From NCBI GenBank assembly GCA_000934665.2, contig KZ538581.1:1-64000 (forward strand): a DNA stretch of 64,000 bases, read 5' to 3'. The stretch comes from Catajapyx aquilonaris (taxonomy: Eukaryota). Of the stretch, positions 53,202 to 64,000 are shown piece after piece (position 1 is the stretch's first letter; each line of letters starts with the position of its first letter). Both the position numbers and the translations under genes were made by a program. Under the pieces are notes generated by a model. That model saw nothing but the letters and a program-made list of their open reading frames with translations, did not search any database and was not told the origin of the DNA.

Positions 53202-55810
53202 ATATGTTCTTATCTGATGCACGTAACTGTAAGATGGGGTTATGGCTTATGGGAAACTTTGCTGTGATAAGCAGCATGACATTTTTGTACACTACAAGCT
53301 AAAACTAAATGAGCCGTCTCCCTTCTTGTCTCCTTCAACGTGCCAACACCAATATTGTGAGCTTATACGCGACATTTCTGCCGATGTGGACGGATGAAAC
53401 GCGCTTGTATAGGCTATAGGTATAATGTACTAAAGATGCAACATGATTCCGACGTTTTGCAATCAAAAGGAAGGTGTGTGGCAACAAATGGTTTCATAAA
53501 AGCCCGCTCATACTAGCGTAAATAAACTTGAAAAATACATTTCTATCATCCGTCGTGTTTGAGGCCATTGAGTTTGAAATATGATTATGACTTTTTAGGT
53601 GCTGATTATGTTGGAAATCTCCTTATTTTTAGTTCATATGGTATTGCAAGCAGGCATGCATTATTACCACATTTGTGAGATAAAATAAAACTCATCATTT
53701 CATATTTAGAACTCACAGCAAATTGCTGTGATACAATCTGATTAACACCATGCGAATTATAGATATTGTTGTGCCCCATGATACCACGTCAGGAACACCA
53801 CGATGAATAATAGGCACCGGACAGTTTTAAGTTGTATATTCTTCTCACAGGTACAAATAAACGTCTGATCTCTAGAACAGTCACTCAACGACTCTCGTTC
53901 CAAACACTCTCAAACCCCACAATACCTTGGCTACATAGCAACCGTTACCATTAACCACAAGCATTCTCTTGAAAACAGTAAACAGTTCTGTTGCCAGGAC
54001 CCGAACCACTACAATATTTTAATATGCCTGTAGTGTATGATATAAATCATTACAGGTGATATTTTGTAGCCTATAATAAAGAAGAGGCAGGTAAGTGGGT
54101 AATGTTGAAAATAGCCGTAAACATGGCCACTGGATCAACATCCCCTGAGAAGGCTGAAGCACAATGAAGTATGGCTCTTTTACTCAGTGTGAGGAAAATC
54201 CCCGGCGAAAGCCATCCAGCCAGAAATTAAATTAAAGAAGCGTTTAGAGCGGCATTTTCCATCATCATCTCCGAGCCATCTCATTTTTCTGCCACTTTCT
54301 CCATCACGGGGGTGCATTCAAGTCCTGGTGACAATATAGACAATGGCAGTGCTGCGCAACGGATGATGTATGGGTCTTATTTTAGAGGCTGAAAAAAGAG
54401 TCCCTGTCCCTGCTTTTGTTCAGGCGGGACATTCCCGCAGGGCCAGTTTTGGCCGAGTATATCCCTGGCTTTTCTGCTCTCAGTTGTGTGTTTTCGCTTG
54501 CACCCTCCCATCCCATAGTACATATACCATCAAGTTTTGTGTCACCCGAGAAGGATCCTCCAACGCACTCCATACATCAGGGACCAGTGCCTAGGGCTGG
54601 GTACGAGTTTATATGTTTCCCGCGCTTTCAGGGATCGGATGGAACAAAGCGCGGGAAACCCTCACGATCTATTTCCAACCTCAGCTAGGTCTGTTATGTA
54701 GCACTAGGACGGTAAATACTGTAGTTGTTGCTTCTCCAGGCAAATCAGTGAGGATTTACAGAGGCGGAATTAATTTTGCAGGAGTGTTTTCACATATGGT
54801 GTCACAAACTCTAAACCGTTTGTGAGCCTGCTATTTATATACTCAGTTTGGTTGTGGTGTAGCACAAACGGAATTTGCAAATTCTGTTCAAGTCCCGGGC
54901 TGTACTCCACTAGTACTTTGCAAATTTTATGATAATGCTAATTAGGCGTGTAACAAGCCGACTTGCTCCTGCCTCTTCTGCTGGGAATATTATGATCGCG
55001 CTGTACAAGCTAGTGAAGCAAAAGATCATTTCCATTTAGAGAAGGGGAAAGTTGCTTAAAATATAATTTGCACCCTAAATTTATACCAGGTGTCGCTAAT
55101 TTTCCTTTAATTCGCATTTATAATAGAGGAGAAAAGAATGACTAATGGGTTGAATTCTGACCACACCTGACAATAATTTACAGCCGGTTTAATAATGCTA
55201 TCTGATTTCGTGCCCCTGTAGCTTGGAAATTAGTTGGCGAAAGCCGCGCGGTTTGGTCCACTCTGCGGGAAATTCGGTAGGTTTTAGATAGCGTCCACTT
55301 TTTTGTGCTAGCCTTTCCAAATATAGATTGCTACAGAGTGTGGCACCTCATACGTTATATTTCACAGTGATCCATGCTTCTTTTCCGCTATGGGAAAAGT
55401 TTATAGGGCACCCATATCGTACTTCGCACATTTTTCAATTCAAATACAGTACTACCTCAAGGGGTCTGGTTGTCACCGACCTGACCTATACTGTACACCA
55501 AAGTTACTGTCAGCCCACTTTCTTCCGAAGTTGGAACTCTTCAATGTCGCAGGGCCTATCATTTCAAGAGTCCCTGCAGTATACAGTATACGCGGTTATT
55601 ATATATGCACATTGGAGTAAACCCTAAATACCATACCCACGAGTAATCACTGCTGTCAAATCCGCTGCGACTGGTAGGTAAATGATCAACTGCATGAGAG
55701 CTCAGTTGAGCAGAGGAAGATTGGTTTTTTTTTTGGCCTACTAATAAGTTACTATTACAGTAGTAGAATGCTTCTAGTATATTACAGGAGGATTTCTCCC
55801 GAGTGTTATA

Positions 55811-56730
55811 CGAGGATGATTCAAAATAATATAAACGAGAATTAGAAAGCCGTAATAAAACTTTGTCGCTGTGCATGTTGCGGCATGTTAAGACTGGGGA
55901 AAACTGTAGGGAGTGTTGTGATAATAGTGCATGTGGAATTAAAGTAGAGAAAGGTGAGTGCAAGATGGGTTCTACGCCGGAGCACACCGAAAGTCGTACA
56001 GTGGCCGTTAGTTAACGTCTTCGACATTTTGAAAAAGAAGCAGATGATTTTTTAGACTAGATTGTGGCCTGTGACGAGACGTGGGTTCACCATTTTACTC
56101 CTGCATTCAAAATAGGACGTTTGCAGGGGAAGCACGGCAATTTTCCTATTCCAAGAAGATAAATAACAATATTCCTTCGGCAGGCAAGATTATGATGCTG
56201 TATTCTGGGATTCGGATGGTGTCATTTATCTGGACTTTCTCAAAAGTAAAAAAAAACTATCAATAGAAAATATCATTCAACTCTACTGAATGAAAAAGTG
56301 AAGCCAGAAATCCGCTCTAAACGAAGAAAAATGCAAGATTCAGTATATTTCATTCAAGACAACGCGCGTTCTGACTGCCACTTTAACTATATGACAAAGT
56401 AAGCTCAAGTGAAATGTTCTGTCTCATCCACAATACACCCAGGGCTGACTTGGCTCCATTCGATTGCTACTTGTTTGGACCACTAAAGGAGTTATTAGAC
56501 GGCAAATAATTCCACAATAATGCCGAGGTCGCTGAAGCTGTGCAAATGCAAAGCTGGTTTGACAACCAGTCCAAAAACCTATTTTAAATATGAATCAAAA
56601 AGCTGCTACAACGGTGAAAAAAGTGTGTTGAAGTCTAGGGGGACTACATCAGTTCAAATAGTATAATGAAACATTGCGATTGTGTTGTAAGTAAAACTTA
56701 CAGAAACAAATTGCCATTTCTACACTCACG
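55811..56730 (+). mobile_element. Decayed, internally deleted mariner (DD34D) transposon
   Basis: Motifs in order, with stops and frameshifts: RKVSARWV, IVACDETWVHHFTP, PSAGKIM..FWDSDGVIYLDFL, FIQDNAR, HPQYT..DLAPFDCYLFGPLKE, KKCVEV*GDY. Ends are TA|CGAGGATGATTCAAAA and ACACTCACG|TA. Confidence 0.9.
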
Positions 56731-59700
56731 TACAGTAATATGATTTCAGCGTTACTGGTTGTTGATAGAAATACGGATAACTTGTTCAGAATGTTATTAA
56801 AAGTATGTTAATCATTTACCAGAAAATCTGGATGACCCCGGCCGTCTGATGGGGAAAAAAATTCAACTTCTCTTTTCTATGCCTCTCTATTACTCTCCAT
56901 GCCTTGATTATGCCGTATTCCAAATCGCCTTTTTGAAGAGGCAATTACTCCTTGTCCCGAAGTTTAAGAAAGGTCTTGCATTGAATGCTGCCTGAATGCG
57001 CACAAACTTATCTCTCGCCTCCTACAGCCACAACTATATACCGGTATACCCACCACCCCAAAAGTCATGTAATGTGAGCCTGTTTGTTACGACCTGCAAG
57101 ATTTAATGTATGCTGTTAGTCCACCATGTGAAACATCCTGTTACATTTCTTTTTCGCACAAAGCGACGTCCCACAAGATATGCAAAGAAGTGTCATGAAC
57201 TCCTGAGCTCAAAACGTGCAACTTGTATCTTTCGCTTTAAACAAACTGAAGCCAAAAAAGGGCCTCCGTCTCCTAGGATCTAAACTTTTTTCATAATCTC
57301 CCGACATGACATCCTTTCGTAGAGCAACTCTCTCCACCTCCCCCTCCCTCCCCCCCCATTTTCCTCCCCCCACCACCACAACCCAGCCTTTTCCCCATCC
57401 AAGCCGCTTTCCCACCTTCCTCCATTACCATGCATGAAAACCAGAAGCCCCCTCAGGTCCATTTCTCACCGGTAGGAAAATGAAGGAGCGGAATACACGC
57501 CGCCTCCTAATCCGCGGAATGTTAAGTAGCGCCGTAAGAATAGATTATGCGCAAGTATACATTGACCCGCTCTTATCCACATATTATAGCGCATATAGTT
57601 GCGAAAGGCTTGGGGAAGCAAGCCTCAGAGAGACAATACAATGCAATATGTGGGTAAAAACTTGTCAGGTGTAATTGTATAGTGGGGTAAATATTTGTCC
57701 AGGGCGTGCAGGAAACTTTCAGGTTTTTTTTTTGTACTTAGGAAATAAGAGGCATTCTAGTATATCGTATGTCTACTGTATTGTATATGAAAAGTGGGAT
57801 ACATTTTCACCCAGTTTCCAAAATACTAACCTCTCTGAATTTTTCCAGTAAGTATAAAGACACCTATAAAATACTTTCCACGATATTACAATGTTGTAAA
57901 GAGTAAGCGATTCACATTACTGAGTTTCATTTGCAATAATATAGCGTGTCAGAAAAATTACCAAGCATGCCCAGCACAGGTAGGCATATTAGTGATCCCG
58001 TTTTGCGGAATTCCCACAGGCATGGTGCTCTTTAGAGAGTCGTCATATGCGGACAGACATGCAATTCGGGGGTTTCGCTCGTGTGAATACAGAATGACTG
58101 TGTCTCTTATTCGATATAACGGAACGGTTCTCATGAGCAATTATTTCCCAGATGAATTCGTTACAGGAAGCATGGAACACTGGGCACAAAATGTACATAC
58201 TGTATAAAAAGAGCCCAGTTTCTGTAATTCACTGTCATAGATGTCATCAATGTTAAATGAATAGAGCGCACATTCAATTCGATATGTAGTACATGTGTGG
58301 GCAGTCTCCAACAAATTTTGATACGCTCAAGAGAAGCGGCAACCGGGCTGACACAAAGAGAAAAGTGAAATATGTTCGGTTTGGCCACAAAGGAAAGTTT
58401 CCTTCTGTTTTGTCCAGCTCTCCAAAAATATTATTTTGCCTGAAGGTGTAAGTGGGGGGTGTAAGTGGAGACGGTGGGAGGAGGGTGCAAGGGGGCAGGC
58501 GGGTGGGAGGGGGGGGGGGGGGCTTTNGAAAACTTGGGGGAAGATTTATTGGGCTAGACATGAAGAAAACGCCTGACACGCAGTGATGAAGCGGGTGTCG
58601 CCCCTTCCGGGTAAATACATTAATTCCGGGCGATCGAGGCGACAGCGAAGAAGGAGAGGAGGGAAGTGAAGTGACGAGGAAAAATTGGGAAGCTCGAGGT
58701 GCACCGCACGAGAAAAGAAGGTGGGCTAGGACTCACCCTCAAACTTTTCCCCACAACCGCCTGGAAACAATGTTACCAGGAAGAAGTTATCGCCCACAGC
58801 TTCCCTGGAGGAATTGATGCAAAGTTAAAATGCACCTTAATAAGTACGACAATTGCATGTTTATGAATAGGGGGGCGAAGAGGGAGGGAAAGCATGAAAG
58901 CTGATCATGATGTAGCCGATGGGGATGGCTCAATAAATATTCACAGACACATAAACAGAGTGACCAGAAAAATCAGGCAGCATCGATATAATTAATGTGA
59001 TCAGTGTTTCGTAATTATTCCGACAAACTTTTAGGGTGAACTCCTAGGCATCAATTGATAAATTATCTCGGTAACTAGACTGTGGTGGCCAAATCTCGCT
59101 TCTACACAACATGATCCTGTGATATTCAGGAGTTCGCCCTGTAAGTTTGTTGGAATTATTACGACACTGTTCTGCATACAGTATAAATGAACAATTAACG
59201 TTTTAAGCGTTATCATCCCAATTGGTATTTAACCGCAGCCTTGTATCACCTGGAGTATACTCTGCAGGCACACAATACGAATCCAAGGCTGGTCCCAGAC
59301 TGTAAAATGTGCTCACGTTCCAGTCTGTAAGTTGTAGGCATTCAGAACCAACCATGGATGGATGGGGTTCTACAACTGATGAGCAAAATGTTAAGCCACG
59401 TTTGGAGATGGGCTTACACTAATATGACTTTTAACTCCCTCCTTAGATTGTTCAATTTGCCCTACACTATGCATGACCTGTAGCTAAAAAGAGCATTAAC
59501 TGCTCCTTAAAACATTGGGTAAGAGTTTTCGATTCGATCCTGCTGCCTCCCCAGATATAAAGAAGAATCCTAAATAATCTGACCCGAGTATGCTCATGGG
59601 AATAAGACGATTTCTTACCCACTTGGCTGGTGCATGGAGAGGCTGAATAAATCGAGGTAACGTCAAGATGATGCCGACTTGAGTTATAACTGCGACCCTT

Positions 59701-60737
59701 GTTTGCCCTCTCGGCTCTCAATTTCTCCGGGGAAGCTCCCTCGAGGACCCTTCTATACCAATTAGCTGGCCTTATGCGTGTCCGAATCTTCAGGGACAAA
59801 TAACGCTAGCAGGAATTTGCTCATCGTTCCGGAGAAAGCCAGTAGCCTAGCCCACTTGGGAAATGCTGACTACCAGATAAAGGGTGCATTGGTCTCTTCC
59901 TTTCTAGTGGTATTCAGGCTAAGGTACAGTACTAGTACAGTCACACACATACATAATGGCATGGTGTCTACCATTAGAAAGTGGATCAAATCAGCAGGTT
60001 TGGGAATTCCGATAATAGGTCTCGATTATCAAAAAACAGCTGAAGAGAATCCTCATACTTCATATCTAGCTCCAGTTCCTCCAGTATTTGGCGGATCTTA
60101 TTTGATTCGAACCAGACTAAGTTTACTGCAGGTACTGTACTCAAGCTACAAAATTACTCCATGGCAGTAATTATTATACTCTATGGTTATATCGTTGGTG
60201 GAGAAACACTGCTGTAATCCTCTGATACGATACGAGTGTAAACTAAATTCTGTTACACCGGTACTGTAATATATGCTGTATATCTAAGAACGCCCCCTGA
60301 GGTACTACAGTACAAGTACTAGTTCGAGAACAGCTGCAGTATGTACGTAATAATTTTTTTTAAACTTAAGAAACACGGCGAAGGAAATTTAAAACGGGCT
60401 ATGCAGACCTGGGGGTGGATTCATCAAATGTCGTAAGTCAAATATTTTCGTAGTAACCGGTCGTAACCATAGTATATTACTATTAAAGTAATGACCCTTA
60501 TTTCACTTGAAGAAGGCCACAAATGGCTCTTCTCGAAGTGAAAGACACGGAAAACCCTTATCACGCGTAGTTTTTCTCGCCATTTACACTATTACCGCAC
60601 ACGAGCTGTGGAAGCGGGCTCGACTTCTACGGTTAAGAGCAGGACAATTTTCATCACAGTGTCCACGTCTCGCAAAATTTTAATAATACCAACAAATTTT
60701 TAAATAACAATAAACAACAATAATAACAATAATAATA

Positions 60738-61005
60738 CAGTGTATTCCCGATTATCCGTGCTAATTGATGCACAGGTATGCTCGGATAATCCGAAAATGG
60801 TCCTAGCTACCGTAAAACTGATCTATTGACAGGTTTTGAATTAACTACTCTACGTACTGTTTGCTGTTTTAAATAAGGTTGAATTAAAATAATAGAATAA
60901 AACCATATATTTTTCATTTCTCTTTTGGAAAAATTCTGTTAAATTTCTTGCTTTGCGAGACTTTTTTGACAGATAATCCGCATCCGGATAATCGGAAATA
61001 CAGTG
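60738..61005. mobile_element. pogo/Tigger-type MITE
   Basis: TA|CAGTGTATTCCCGATTATCCG...CGGATAATCGGAAATACAGTG|TA, with subterminal GATAATCCG repeats. Confidence 0.85.
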
Positions 61006-61562
61006 TAATGATGATGATGATGATGATAAAAAAAGAATAAAATAAAATAATAAAAGCAGGTAGTCATGCTGCATATCTGAGTCGCTCAGTTCCGCGAAAA
61101 TTTTCTGAACTGAACAGTGGGTGACAAAATAATAGCCTATGGTTCAGGATATTCCAATGTTAAAATGTTCTCTACGATTTATTAGACTACAATAAGCTGT
61201 TATTTAAGCAGTTATTTTCATAGTTACTTTTAGTGGTTATCAAAAATATTAGCCCCTAATTTTAGGCTTTGTGGAGCCATACCTTTTAAAGCTTGTGGAG
61301 GGGTTTGGCTACAATTGTGGATTCTGTCACTAAAGTTAGATGTAAGTTATTGTTCCAATCAGCAATTTTTGAACGGAAATTCGCTGCAATTCACTTAATG
61401 GTTAGTTGATTTATTGCGTCATACTATTAGCGGCTAAAGCTTTTGAAAACCACTAAAAGTAACTCTGCAAAAGTAAAGGCTTTAAAAAAGCACCTTAGCG
61501 ATAACAAATCACTAACCACTCAGAGAATTTCAATTGGAGCGTCCTGTTTAATGTATACCGAT

Positions 61563-61758
61563 CAGTGGCGGATCCGGCAAGTTTTTCTCGGGAAAATTTT
61601 TTCGGGTCAAGGTCACAACCCTTCCTTGCGACCCCAAATTTGGGGCAAAAAGGAAAAGAACCCATAGAACCGTGCAATTTTGCACTGTTCTAGAGGATTT
61701 TTGCGAGTTCCCCCCCCCCCCGNTGCCCCCCCCCCCCGCCCCCCTGGATCCGCCCCTG
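61563..61758. mobile_element. hAT-type MITE
   Basis: TIRs CAGTGGCGGATCC / GGATCCGCCCCTG and a perfect 8-bp TSD ATACCGAT at 61555-61562 and 61759-61766. Confidence 0.92.
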
Positions 61759-61932
61759 ATACCGATACATGTGGCAAAACCAAATAACATTGAAAGTTTG
61801 GGCACACTAAATATTTAATAATAATAATAATCGCCAATAGTTTTACATGTCCGCTTTTGTCGCCAGACCACTGTGACATATCTCATAATGTCACATTGGC
61901 AAAACAATATACATCTAACTACATTGGTATGA

Positions 61933-62526
61933 TTTTTTTAAAATTTTTATTACCGAACCCCACTCTCAGGCCTTGGGCCCTTTTTAGCGGAGTGGAATAC
62001 CACTATTTTTGGAACCATATAATGTATATATGTTAATTGTTCCAAGGGTAAGTAGGAGAGGATGTGCAAAGTGCAAGTGAGGGTTCTTTGGAAAAAGGGC
62101 AGATGTCAAGAAATTCCCAATTTCAAACTACCACGTCAGTATTCATCTGGCAACCCTGACGCTCACGTGGAAAAATTCTCAAGCCAAAAGGGCAGTTCTA
62201 CTAGTCGCAAATCAAAATCTAATTCTCAAATTAACATTGTGAGCAATGGCCGAGAGTCCGAGACAGCCACATGTATGTCTTTCCTGGGAAATTCACTTTT
62301 AGTGACATCTGCCCTTTTTCCAAAGAACCCCTCAAGTGCAATGTCGCATATTGGTCATTTTGTGTACTCCCCCGGGTGGATTAGTCTAGCGGAAATTTCC
62401 ACCCGAGACGAAGCCAGAGATGGCCCAACTCTGCACGAGATGAAGGGGGGAACCCCGGGCTGGGATCGAACCCGGGACCTTAACATCCGTGGGCGCATAC
62501 GTTACCGCAGCACCACTCCGCCTCCT
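61933..62526 (-). mobile_element. Full-length tRNA-derived SINE (copy D) interrupted by a MITE
   Basis: Reverse-complement head GGCGGAGTGGTGCTGCGG...GGTTCGATCCC. Shares GACATTGCACTTG and the 3' hairpins with copies B and C. TSD TACATTGGTATGA at 61920-61932 and 62527-62539. Confidence 0.85.
62079..62333. mobile_element. MITE with GAG...CTC termini and a 4-bp TSD (Sola-like), nested in SINE D
   Basis: AAGT|GAGGGTTCTTTGGAAAAAGGGCAGATGTCA...TGACATCTGCCCTTTTTCCAAAGAACCCCTC|AAGT. Removing it restores the GTGCAAGTGCAATGTC seen in SINE B. Confidence 0.85.
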
Positions 62527-63611
62527 TACATTGGTATGAGTTATTATTACTATTTTCATTTTTCTTGTGGGCATGGACCGTGTTATGCAATAATGGGTCA
62601 ACCCACAAAAATGTCAAAATTGAGTTAAGCCCAGGAAAGAATAGTACTGTACTTCATTCACTTAAAATCTGTTAAAATAAGGGAGGCGGTAATATATTAG
62701 GCGTTTTCTAGAGTTCAGCTCTGATTTCATACTATTCCCGCTTCGTCTGCTTCGTTGACGTATACATTCTCTCTTAATAATTTAATGGATTTCCGTGGCT
62801 ACTTGTTTGTGACAGCTATTAATAACTGTAACTGACGCACAAAAAAAGGATTACTTTTCCTATTTCTGTGATTAGTAAAAACTAATTAACGCCAGAAAAA
62901 AAGAGAAGCAACCTACAGCATGGACCTAACGCACTTTTCCAACTTCATCAGGTTTCCGGAAGGATCTACTGTACGTCACGTACAAGAAACATCGCTGGGC
63001 CGTGACAGAACACAATATGAGCAAAGGCAACAGGTACCAGTTAGCCAGGAATCGCGCTGACCATATAAATGCTGTACTAGACTGCGACGAGGTCAACGTG
63101 GCACTTCGTCATTTGGCCAGCTCCAACGAGTCACGTAATATTTCTAGCAATTTCGGGCCTGATGATGCGTATATCCCTCGGATGAGGATATCCAGAATCA
63201 TAATGGTAGAGCAATATAGTTTCCTCAGCTGATGCAGAACGACTGCAATTCTCTGGTGTGCCACCTTCAGACAGTCCTGTTGATAAACTCTTGGCTTACT
63301 CTCTCGTGCGGAATCATCCCCCTCCTTTTGTTTCCCAGCCTCGCCTCCATTCATCTTGCGAGGCGTCTGTAACGAATGTGCTGTCATTGGCAGATTTCCG
63401 GCTTCCGATTTTCTTACTCCTAGAAAACTTATCTGCAGGTCCTGCCATCGACTCGATAACAGCTAGAAAAAAATACTTGCTGTTTGTGTGCTACCTGTCA
63501 GTGTATGTAGGCCTAGTTTATGTCTTAAAAAGTTTTGGGCAAACTCGAGCAAGGTGAAGGTGTTTTCTTCGAATCTTTACTTTGCTTGAGTGCCTCCGGT
63601 TATACTGGGCA

Positions 63612-63856
63612 ACACCGAAGCAAGTTGGGGTAGTGGTTAAGGTTTCCGACTGCTAATCGGGAGGTCCTGGGTTCAATTCCCGGGGCCGGCGATCCTGACC
63701 GTGGTTTTCTGTCCCCCCNCCTCCCAGGATAATTCCGGGGTCGCTTCAGTATAATAGGCCACATATCCTTGGCCCCATCCAAGTGTCAAAGTTTCAGAAA
63801 AAAATTTGAGTGGCCGATTCTCCCAATGCAATGGTATCAAATAAATAAATAAATAA
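63612..63856 (+). mobile_element. tRNA-derived SINE (copy E) with the same head and body as copy A
   Basis: A box TAGTGGTTAAGG, arm CCGA-CTGCTAA-TCGG, B box GGTTCAATTCC, (TAAA)n tail. TSD TATACTGGGCA at 63601-63611 and 63857-63867. Confidence 0.88.
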
Positions 63857-64000
63857 TATACTGGGCATACAGGAGAAATACACTAACTTGTAAGACTAGC
63901 TTAAAAACCAGTTTAGAGGTGATCCGAAGCAAATGTTTGACCTGGCACTTATTTACATGCTATTGAAGAAAGAAAATACTTACTTTCTGGCTCATTATTC

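Noticed and set aside
62062..62628. Longest ORF in the track (188 aa)
   Set aside because: It runs across a MITE, an antisense SINE and a TIR, so it is an artefact.
63615..63690. tRNA-Ser(GCT) gene (also 11075-11148 on the minus strand)
   Set aside because: There is no acceptor stem or long variable arm, and the sequence runs into a SINE body with a tail and TSDs.
1..64000. CRISPR array, rRNA or prokaryotic operon/defence system
   Set aside because: There is no repeat-spacer periodicity, no rRNA signature and no long uninterrupted ORFs. The DNA is intron-containing and eukaryotic.

Overview
This is eukaryotic genomic DNA, most likely from an arthropod (GT-AG introns, tRNA-derived SINEs, Tc1/mariner, pogo and hAT MITEs). 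The only intact genes I can build are two tandem, + strand, 9-exon CYP2-clan cytochrome P450 paralogs: 3615-6168 (490 aa) and 12454-15270 (488 aa). Their exon lengths and intron phases match almost exactly. The - strand of about 900-3480, and possibly 6250-6470, carries fragmented exon-like peptides that from memory resemble the VAB region of VPS13B. If so, P450 copy 1 lies nested antisense inside that gene or pseudogene. From about 15.3 kb to the end I see no recognisable host gene. That stretch holds a decayed RTE LINE, a decayed mariner, Tc1-like remnants, a solo LTR, an unexplained pair of TG..CA direct repeats, about 10 MITEs or foldbacks, and three of the five SINE copies (the other two lie between the P450 genes). 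The most unusual signal is in the SINEs. They appear modular, and four copies with different heads or bodies share an approximately 50-nt 3' structured motif with compensatory base changes. All homology calls come from motif recognition and recall; no searches were run.
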